From: Octopus vulgaris
Taxonomy: Eukaryota
Assembly: GCA_951406725.2 (NCBI GenBank)
Contig: OX597827.1
Location: 34,596,001-34,660,000 of the forward strand
DNA length: 64,000 bases
Direction: 5' to 3'
Shown: in pieces, positions 1-10,065 of the stretch
Layout: each line of letters opens with the position of its first letter
Position numbering within the stretch: position 1 is the first letter of the stretch
Notes under the pieces: model-generated
Databases searched by the model: none
Seen by the model: only the letters and a program-made list of their open reading frames with translations
What the model was told of the DNA's origin: nothing
Position numbers and translations under genes: made by a program

Positions 1-210
1 CACATATATATATATATATACATGTATCATATATATATATCACATATACATATAAATGTATATATCATACACATATAAATATACATATATATATATATCT
101 GTATATATGATATGCGACAATTATTTGGTAGCCATGATAAAACTCCGAGAATTGCGACATATTATATTTATAGAATATCGAGGTCTCTTTCATTCTTTTG
201 TTGTCTTACC

Positions 211-260
<50 letters not shown>

Positions 261-439
261 TATATGTACAAAAATTCTATAATTATAATCAGGGGACAGC
301 TAATTGCTTCACCATGCACCGAATTTAGAAATAGGAGTTAAATGCCTTTTCTACTACCAAAAAAATCCCCCAGACATTAACACGCTTTTTTTCCTGTGCC
401 CATATATATATGTACATATCATATATATATAATTTTATT

Positions 440-484
<45 letters not shown>

Positions 485-518
485 TATATTTCAATCATAT
501 GTATATATATATATATAT

Positions 519-558
<40 letters not shown>

Positions 559-1017
559 TCAAATCCATGTTTGTATTTGAATGTCTTGTTTGATTTACAT
601 GTTTTTCAAGTTAAGTATGTTTTAAATGAAAAAATGATTGAAGTATTCTTTCACAACCAGATGCCTTTCCTGTCATTAACACTTGACTGTGTTTTAAATA
701 AGGAATCTCTTTAATTACACATGTCTTGAAAGGCTTGAAGTAAGCAGACAATTTGTCAACCAGAGAAATGAAAACAGCAATGTTTGTAGCTTGCAACTTT
801 TATAGAGCACAAACATAAACAGATATACACACATATTATATAGATAGATTTCTTACAGGTTCCATCTATCAAATTCAGTCACAAGGATTTGGTCAATCTT
901 GGCTATCATAAGAGATACTTGGCGAAGTTGCCATGCACTGGGACTGAACTCAAAACCATATGATTAAGAAGGGAACTATGTGCCTGTGCCTTCTATCAGT
1001 CTTTTCTGTATGTGTGC

Positions 1018-1048
<31 letters not shown>

Positions 1049-1359
1049 TATATAGTATGTAGATAGGGTTGTAATCGAAGCTGTGTCCTCGTGAAGCACA
1101 CCTGCATATTCCAGTATGCCAACATTGTATGTAGATACTATAATTGTGTGAGGCATGTATAAGAGTAGAAAAATATTGGAAAATAATATTTGCAGAGTAA
1201 TTACACATCAAAACAGAAACAGTAGACTGGAAAATATTTTTTTTATTATTTATTCACCATTGCACATGTTTCATTTTCTAATAGGAGTTAAAATATTATA
1301 CATGTAAGAGAAAATTATAAAATATCTCTTATTAAAAGTTCCTCAGACAGCAAATCAAT

Positions 1360-2590
1360 TATCAAGTTGAATAAAAAATAAGCAACGTTTTGAACCATGA
1401 AGAATTTGTACCAGATTTTTGCAGAATTTTGAAAATGTTTAACAAAAGAATGTTTAACAAAATTTTTGTTAAACATTTTTTTGCAGTTGTCTGATAACAC
1501 AGATATAGACTTGCCCAAATGCATCAATAAATTAACATTTATATTTTTTTTCACCATTGTTACAATCATCTGGAATGGAACTGTGAAAGCGCAATATTTG
1601 AGCAGTTTTGCTATTCAACTCCAAAAAAGGATGTAAAGCAGCTGAAACTGTTCGTGATATCAATGAAACCTATGGTAAGGAAATGACCAGTGAGAGGTCA
1701 GCTTGAAAATGGTTTAAACGATTTTGCAGATTGTGAGCATGGTGGCCGCCCATCTGTCATCAACGACAGTCAATTAAAGACTGTTATTGAGAAAGATCCA
1801 AATAAAACCACTTGAGAACTGGCAAAAGAACTTCAAGTTAACCAGAAAACTGCCTGCAACCATTTGCATGCAATCAGAAAATGCTCATTGCTTCTTCTCC
1901 GCAACCAGACCAATCCATTTCTTGACCATATTGTAACTTGCAATGAAAAGTGGATTCTGTACAACAATAAAAAACGTGTTTTGCAGTGGTTGGACTAAAA
2001 TGAAGCACCGAAACCTTCCCTAAACCCAAGCTCTTCAAAAAAAAAGGTTATGGTGACTGTTTGGTGGTGTACTTTTGGAATCATCCATTATAACTTTTTA
2101 AAATCTGGAAAAACCATTACTGCAGAAACATATTGTCATGAAATTGCCAAAATGGACGAAAAACTGCTACTCCTCTGTCCCAGACTGGTCAACAGAAGAG
2201 GGCCAATCATTCTTCATAACAATGCTTGACCACATGTTTCACTAATGATGCTCCTAAAGTTGAAGGAACTTGGCTATGAATTTGTTCCCCACCCAACTTA
2301 TTCCCCAGACCTTTCTCCTACCGACTACCACTTTTTCAAGCACCTTGATGGTTTCCTGAGAGAGAAAGAGTTCATAAATCAAACCGATGCTGAAAGTGTG
2401 TTCAAAGAGTTTATCAGCTCCAGAATTCCAGATTTTTATGTTACCAGAATAAACAAACTTGTAACTCATTGGCACAAATGTGTTGGTTGTAATGGTACTT
2501 ACTTTGATGAATAAAATTTCCGCATTGTTGAAATATATTGTGATGAATTTCATGTTTCAAAACGTTGCTTACTTTTTACTCAGCATGATA
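1360..2590 (+). mobile_element. Decayed mariner transposon (Hsmar1/cecropia-like transposase pseudogene ~1574-2514)
   Basis: TIRs tatcaagttgaataaaaaataagcaacgttttgaa and its near reverse complement ending at 2590. Transposase motifs WILYNN, VMVTVWW, YSPDLSPTDYHFFKHLD. Multiple stops and frameshifts. Confidence 0.92.
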
Positions 2591-2921
2591 ATACTCTCTG
2601 ATTTTCTGTCTGAAGACTTTCTAACAGAAGATATCTTACATGTTTCTCTGTCAAATACAATTTTGTAACCCCTATTAGCAAATGAAACATGTGTAATGGT
2701 GAATAAATAATACCAAAAATTTTTTCTCCTGTTTTGATTGTTATATTATATACAAGATATACTATATTATCATTAATTGATGGATGCAAAGAAATAAGAA
2801 ACTTGAAGTAGTCAACTCCAAAATATAGTTGGGCTAGGTAGAGTGGGGAAGTAAATGTCAATAAGAACTAACTCAGTCTTGCCAAACAGATGCCAGGACC
2901 AAAAAGTGATGATGATGATCA

Positions 2922-2974
<53 letters not shown>

Positions 2975-3034
2975 TATATATATAAACGTGTGTGTGTGTA
3001 TATATCATAATATGGTGTAAAAGAAAGAAAATGG

Positions 3035-3430
3035 TAAATCTAGTTGAGTTCCTCATGAAGATAACATGGATGCCGCTTGAGCTCAAAAGATTGGCTGTTA
3101 TGAAAACCTCCTCAAGGAATGTGAAGACACAGGCTGGAAAGCAGACCATTTTTCAATCAAAGTTGGATGTAGAGGGTTTGTTGGACACAGTGTGAAGCGA
3201 CTATTGCTATCATTGACCTAATTCATTGTAAAGCAAATACCACTATGAGTAATATCCAAACTACAGTGGAAAAGGCAAACCGCAGGATTTGGTTAAAAAG
3301 CAACAATGAGCAATGGCTAGAAGAATATTGAGTGAAACCTGAAGCTTGATCTAGCAAGCAGGGTCTCATTTCAGTGAGGGTTGCCCAATGATGCTGTCAA
3401 GAGATAGGTCCCGAAATGGCAGGCATTCTC
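3035..3430 (+). pseudogene. Remnant of a restriction-like-endonuclease non-LTR retrotransposon 3' end (HERO-like)
   Basis: Broken translation reads VPHEDNMDAA...YENLLKECEDTGWKA...IKVGCRGF, resembling the HERO-clade RLE signature ELTVPWE...KY..L..EC...GW.....VEVGCRGF. Confidence 0.6.
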
Positions 3431-4423
3431 TCCTAATGGCCTCATAAACTTGCTCGCATTTGGTATGCAGAGCTTTCAACAGGTAACATTTGCATCTGCA
3501 GGTTGTTCGCAAAAAAATATTAAAAAATATATATTTATGATCCGCATTATCATCACTTTTCTATGCTGGCATTTGTTGGGCAGAACTGAGCCAGTACCTC
3601 CACCTCCACTCCCAACCGGGTTGCAGGACTACATTTTGTTCATACTTTCTGTTTGCAACATAAGTTTCTGTGTCTGGATTTAACACCAACCACCTTACAA
3701 AAAATGTATTTGTCCCTATCACAAATTAACAATTGGTGTTGTTTTGTTTATGTCCTTGCAACTTCACGGTTTAGCAAAAGACACTGATAAATATCAAACT
3801 TAAAAATATGTAGTGGGCGCAATTAGTTTGACTAAACCTTTCAAGGTGGTGCCCCATCATGGCCACAGTTCAATAACTGAAACAAGTAAAAGTGGTAATG
3901 TATGAATGTGTATATACAAGAACTACACACACAAACCTATCTGTAGATAGAATAACAAAGAGAGGAGAGACACAGGCAGTAATAGAGAAGCTAGTTATAT
4001 TAGCCAGCAATTGTTTAGACTTTTTGAGAAAATCTAAAATATATAAGTTTAGTTGTATGTCTGTATCCTACAATGTATATTATCCTCAGACTTGCACATT
4101 ATTTGAAATACAAAAAGGTCACAAATTTCCAGAACTTTCACATATATTGCTCAGCTGAAACTTGGCTGAGTGACCCAAGTGTCTTATGTTCAGTAATCTT
4201 CCATCTATTAGACAAGACAAACCTGTAAGCACTGCGGTGCGACTGGCTGCACACCTTTATTTATGATACTGAGAATGATGGATTTTGGTTCAAATAAGAA
4301 TGCAATTATTTTGTTTCACATTGTTACAGTAGTTTGTTTCAATATTAAGAGTAATGTAATTCAATTTAAAAGATTTCTGATATCACTGTTAAAAACCAGT
4401 GTTCAATTCTTGTTTCATCTTAA

Positions 4424-4608
4424 CTCTTTAGCATTCAGATTGTTTTGAATTAATCATGCATTTCCTGTAGCCTTGAGATTTCATTGATGTGATTGCTTAT
4501 TTTTAGATTGACTTTCTAGGATAGGTGCATGAAGCCAGACCTGACCAGTTTGGACATAAAACAGGTAGAATATTTAGGCCAGCTATGGCCGGTTTAAATG
4601 CTAAAGAG
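4424..4608. mobile_element. piggyBac-like MITE (second copy, inverted)
   Basis: TTAA-ctctttagcatt...aatgctaaagag. Interior is reverse-complement similar to 60534-60754. Confidence 0.72.
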
Positions 4609-5404
4609 AGAAACATATGAATTAAAATCTTCCTCACTACACGGAGAGGAAGCCACTCTGTCATGTGTTAACATCATCAGATGATCTAGTTCCTATTCCC
4701 AATGTTTCAATGATGTGAAGTGTCATCATGTAGTCATCATCATTTAACATTCATGTTTCATGCTGGCATGGGTTGGACAGTTTGACAATGAAGAATTACT
4801 TGTTATGTCCAAATATACAATGAAACATCAATGTTTCATCGCATATATATGTGCAGATAAAAAAAATCATAGTGACTGCCTGCAAGCGAGTATGACTTAG
4901 TAATGTATACCATGCTTTCGCTCATTATTTTAAGTATCTATATAGTTGCAAGCAGATAGACACTCTACTGACCTTCTCACCTTTATCTCATAATTTTGTT
5001 GATCCAAACACCTGATTAATAATTAAAGAAAGTAGTTATTTTACTAAGACTGTTCAAATTGATTATGTGTATTTCATTGGAAACATGACTATAAAAGAAT
5101 TTAGCATCAAATTTGATTTCAACTTACATTTTCCACAGCTATTCTAACAACAGTGTAATAATACTTCTGTAACCTCTCAGAGGAAACATGACTCCTCCTT
5201 CACTCCTCTCCACCATTCATTTATGGTTTGAGAATAATTCTATAATTGTTGTAAACTGGAATGGAACTTACTCTCTTTCTGCTCACATCCATTCTCCATT
5301 TAATGCTACTTGGTTTGCATCTTTTAGAGAGATAGATTAGATATAATAAACTCAAAGAGCAACTAGAAAGTGAAAGTAGAATCTAACTTAGGATGTCTCA
5401 TAGA

Positions 5405-5800
5405 TAGTGGTGGCAATGGTGTTGGAGGTGGTAGATGTGGTTATCATGGCAGTGGTGGTGGTGGTGGTGGTGGTGTATGACAGTGGATGTGCATGATGGC
5501 AGCAATGATATTGTTGGTGTTTTTGTAGAGGTGGTGGCAGTGGATGATGTTGATGATGATGGTAGTAGTAGCATTGATAATGTTAGGATGTCTCATGGAT
5601 GGTAGTGATGGAGACATTGCAGAGTGTAGTGATGGTGAAATTGGTGATTTTGAATATGATGCTGGTATTGGTCTTGGGGTTATGGTTGCAGAAGATGGTT
5701 GTGGTGGTGGCATTGGAGGTTGTAGTAATGGTTGTAGTGGTGGTTGTGAAGATGATTCTGATATTGATAGTCTTGGCATTGTGGCGGTGGCAGAGTCAGA
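5405..5800. repeat. Cryptic (GGT/GAT/GTT)n low-complexity tract downstream of ZF1
   Basis: Period-3 G/T-rich degenerate repeat, open in several frames. Confidence 0.75.
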
Positions 5801-6083
5801 GTAAATAATAAGAGCCCAGTTAACACAAGATTCTTAAATTTCAGAGATCATAAGATAGAGAGCAAGAAGTTAAAAGTTCCAATACTGGCCCAATTCCTAC
5901 ACCCCAGATTCTTCAACTATTTTAGAAGAAAGGGGTTAATGGCAGGATAGGGATTCAGCTTATAAAAATAAATTGTATAACAAAAAATACATAAATAAAT
6001 TACTGTTCCAACGATGTAATTGTAGTATGTGTGTATATGTTTGCATGTGCAATTATATAAACATATATACATATATGTATGTA

Positions 6084-6124
<41 letters not shown>

Positions 6125-6256
6125 ATGGATCAAAACAGTTTGATTCAAATTCTGTGGTACTTTAAGTTTCAAAACATATTGTCAATCTTCAGCCATAAGT
6201 GTGTATATATATATATACATACTTATATATTCATACATATACATGTAGATGTATAT

Positions 6257-6304
<48 letters not shown>

Positions 6305-6651
6305 TATATCGTATGTAAACATCTTTTATATATATATAATGTATGCATCTATAATACACACACATTATAAATATATACACATATATGCATATGCATTAGA
6401 ATATGTGTGTATAGGTGTATATATATATATGCATATATCAATATATGTGTTTGTGTGTATGTGTAAATAGGTAAATAAGACTATCATGACTTTGACATTT
6501 GTGCTGAGGTGATCATTCTTAAAACAGATATGATAGAAGTGAAAGTTTCTCCCTCCAGCCCTGACCATGTGAAGAATGCTCTACAATCATGAAACTTAGA
6601 GTCAAGTAAAAATAGTGTTATGATGTATCTACTACATTATAAATAAATTAC

Positions 6652-6830
6652 AATTATTGAGAAGTGTTTGAATTTGGGTTTTCCCTTGCAAAAGATGAAT
6701 GGTGCTGCTGCTGCTGTTGTGGTTGCTGCTGGTGATTTTGTTGCTGCAGTTGGTGGTGGTGGTGTTGGTTGTGGTGATGAGCAAGATTATGGTGATGATG
6801 ATGATGAGATTGTTGCCATGACAATGGCAA
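6652..6830 (-). repeat. Diverged duplicate of ZF1 coding segment 7641-7872 (polyHis/polyGln-SSxARENPNSNTS)
   Basis: gtgtttgaatt(t/c)gggttttccct(t/a)gca(a/g)aagatgaatggtgctgctg...gttggttgtggtgatga is present at both loci. Confidence 0.88.
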
Positions 6831-7176
6831 TACACAATGTATTGAGTGCTCATATTCATTTTTTTTTTGTTGTAGAAAAATTTGCACTATCATCAAAGTT
6901 TTTTTATCTGCTTTCCAGACTGGTTTGGGTCAAATAGGTTGTTGCTGCTTTCGTAGATGAGTTGAGAGATTACATCTCACTCCCAAGTTACATATTTTGA
7001 TATATATATATAGTCAAATTTTTGCACATATTGTAGATGGTTGAGAGTCTTCCTTGTTGTTAAAGTTAAAATGACCTGATTTGATCATCTATTATTTTTT
7101 TTTTAATGAACATTTTAAATAACGTCACCCTGTGTAATTAATCATTTCAAACTCACCATTAAATTCCTGAATAAAT

Positions 7177-9198
7177 TTAGATGACACCAGCCTGCTGGCT
7201 GTTTTGTGACCGATTGTTCTGCTGTTTGCTCTGCCTCACCCCGCATGACAGATTTGATGAGGAGTTTGCCCAGCTCGAGCTCCACCTTGGCGGGACTTGG
7301 AAGCCGCGAGACCAACCATAATTGGATTCCCACGATTCCCAGGTCGAAGACATCCAGGACGAAGACAATGCAAGGGGCTGCAAACGAAGTGCAGCTGAGC
7401 GGGAGTGAGCATGAGATGATGGGCTTGGTGTTGGTGGCGGTGTGGCTGGAACGGATGACATAGAGTTGTGTGAAGTTAATGATGCATTCATAGTTGGTGT
7501 GGAGGAGATGCTTGAGGAGTAAACTGGTACAGTTACTGTAGCAGCTCCAGCAGCAGTAGCAGCAGTGGCAACAGAAGTAGAACTAGACACTACATTAGCT
7601 GCAGTTGACAATGTTGTACTTACACTTGTTGACGAATTAGAATTATGAGAGGTGTTTGAATTCGGGTTTTCCCTAGCAGAAGATGAATGGTGCTGCTGCT
7701 GCTGCTGTTGTGGCTGCTGCTGTTGCTGCTGCTGCTGGTGATGTTGCTGCTGTTGCTGCTGTTGTTGATGCTGTTGGTGATGGTGGTGGTGTTGGTTGTG
7801 GTGATGACCATGATTACGGTGATGGTGGTGGTGGTGATGATGGTGATGCGACTGTTGCCGTGACGATGACATGCTTGTTGTAGATGTGTCCTTTGGCAGC
7901 TGCTCAGGTGGCATTGCTCGACTGACTTCTTCACGAGTGTGAGAGCGCATGTGTTTTTGCATGTTTACCCGTTGAGTAAACCCTTTACTGCATACAGCAC
8001 AGCTGAATGGTTTGTCAGCTGTGTGTGTATACTCATGCTTTTTTAGGTTTGCTCTCTGGCTGAATCCACGCTGACATGTGTCACACTTGAACGGCTTCTC
8101 TCCAGAATGAACGAGAAGGTGAATGGTTAAGTTGGCTCGCTGAGTGAAACCCTTTTTGCACACCTCACAGTAAAACAATTTACATTTTGTGTGCGTGCAT
8201 GCATGATTGATTAAATGCACTCTCTGCGTGAATTCTTTACTGCAGATATCACATTGGAATCTTTTCAAACCCATGTGCATACATTCATGCTTTTTCAGGT
8301 TTGCACTCTGTGCAAAGGCTTTGTCACATATGGAACACTTGAATGGTTTTTCTCCACAGTGAATTCTTTCATGGTTCTGGAGATGAATCTTTTGACTAAA
8401 CGTTTTGGAGCACACAAAGCAAGAATATGGCTTCTGACCACTATGGACACACTCGTGATTAGTTAAATGCACACGCTGGCTGAATGCTTTCGAACAAATG
8501 CTGCACTGGTAAGGTTTCACTCCACTGTGAATGCGTTCATGGATGATAAGATGGGCTTGCTGGCTGAATGCTTTGCAACAAACAACACAGACATATGGTT
8601 TTATTCCACTGTGAATCCGTTCATGACAGATGAGGTGTGCCCTCTGGCTGAATGCCTTTCGACAAACATAACAAGCATAAGGTTTTATGCCTGTATGAAT
8701 ACGTTCATGGTTTTGCAAATGTGCTCTTTGATTAAATGACTTTGAACATATTGCACAAGAGAATGGACGTTCACCAGTGTGAACACGTTCATGGCTCAGC
8801 AGGTGAGCTCGTTGGCTGAACACTTTGCCACAGAAACCACAAGCCAAGTTTTTGAAACTCTCTGTGGCATGGTCCCGTTCATGGTTTCTCAAGTTTGCTC
8901 GTCGTGAGAATGCTTTACGACAGATTTCACACTTAAAGGCTTTGGTGCTTTCTCCAAATCGATGCAGAAATGATTTTCGGTGGTGCGATATCCCATAATA
9001 TGAACTCGAGGTACCAGATGTACTAGCTATACCAGATGTACTAGGTGTGTCAGAAGTACTAACTGTGCCAGAAGTACTAGAGGTTGTGCCAGATGATGTA
9101 GTTTTCCAGTTGTCTTCTGGTAAAATTGTCCGACTATAATTGTCAGTTGAGGACATTTGTTTACCAACAGAATATGAAGACGCTGGTTCCTGGTACAT
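7177..9198 (-). CDS. C2H2 zinc-finger protein ZF1 (673 aa): 12 tandem fingers, polyHis/polyGln tracts, Ser/Thr-rich and Trp-rich C-terminal region
   Basis: Uninterrupted ATG-initiated ORF. Twelve CxxC-x12-HxxxH motifs with TGERP/SGIKP/SGEKP-type linkers. N-terminal STSG(T) repeats and C-terminal H/Q homopolymers. Confidence 0.93.
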   Translation of the reverse strand: MYQEPASSYSVGKQMSSTDNYSRTILPEDNWKTTSSGTTSSTSGTVSTSDTPSTSGIASTSGTSSSYYGISHHRKSFLHRFGESTKAFKCEICRKAFSRRANLRNHERDHATESFKNLACGFCGKVFSQRAHLLSHERVHTGERPFSCAICSKSFNQRAHLQNHERIHTGIKPYACYVCRKAFSQRAHLICHERIHSGIKPYVCVVCCKAFSQQAHLIIHERIHSGVKPYQCSICSKAFSQRVHLTNHECVHSGQKPYSCFVCSKTFSQKIHLQNHERIHCGEKPFKCSICDKAFAQSANLKKHECMHMGLKRFQCDICSKEFTQRVHLINHACTHTKCKLFYCEVCKKGFTQRANLTIHLLVHSGEKPFKCDTCQRGFSQRANLKKHEYTHTADKPFSCAVCSKGFTQRVNMQKHMRSHTREEVSRAMPPEQLPKDTSTTSMSSSRQQSHHHHHHHHHHRNHGHHHNQHHHHHQQHQQQQQQQQHHQQQQQQQQPQQQQQQHHSSSARENPNSNTSHNSNSSTSVSTTLSTAANVVSSSTSVATAATAAGAATVTVPVYSSSISSTPTMNASLTSHNSMSSVPATPPPTPSPSSHAHSRSAALRLQPLALSSSWMSSTWESWESNYGWSRGFQVPPRWSSSWANSSSNLSCGVRQSKQQNNRSQNSQQAGVI

Positions 9199-9998
9199 GA
9201 TAATTAGTATATGTTTTCTATTCTAATGAAGGAGCTTCCAAACATGAAATTTGGCCAAGTGGTTGGGTGTTAGCTTGTGACAAGTTTGTTTCTTAGACGT
9301 CCAAACTGATATAACAATATGTTTTTATCCACCAATAAAAATTAATTTACATAACAAAAGCTTGTCATTTCGTGAAAAGTTTTTTTGTCATTACTTTTTG
9401 ACAGTCATATCTTCAAATGTTGTTCAAGTGAAAAGTTATGGTTGTATGAAATATTTCTGTAAAAAAAAAAAATATTCCTTTACTACTCTGTCAAATTTCC
9501 ATGGAGAAGATATATTACATCTGTCATCTTCTGTGATTGGATGTAATTAGTGATCCGTATAGTTAATCATTAGAAAGATAAAAAGGATGTAAGATCCATT
9601 TAACAGGAAATTTATCAGGCCAAGTTGCAAAATTTAGGCACCGCAGAATTAAAAAAGAATATGAAGCTTTGCGATGTAGGTTTGTGATCAAAGTGAAGAA
9701 TAGTAAGCAAGCAACTGAAACGCTATTGTTAAATAGCCTGGTATATGGAGTTATAGATTTTTGTGAGAGTATTAGTGGAGACATTCAGTACCTTAATAAA
9801 TTGGTTTTTGCAAAGTGCAACTTTTGCTATTTTCATCCTTGTAAGTTTAGATAAAGAGATCATTTGAAGACTTTAGTTATAAAATTCTTTAAAAGAGTAC
9901 CAAAATCTTTCAATGAAATTTTTTTTTCTCTTTCAGGTATAGAATGTAACAAGGTAGTGTGTAGGAAACAGAAGTATAAAAGTGGTGTACTGAAGCTT

Positions 9999-10065
<67 letters not shown>

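Noticed and set aside
5444-5808. Pro/Ser-rich and Gly/Asp-rich overlapping ORFs
   Set aside because: Period-3 low-complexity tract open in several frames on both strands, with no recognisable domain.
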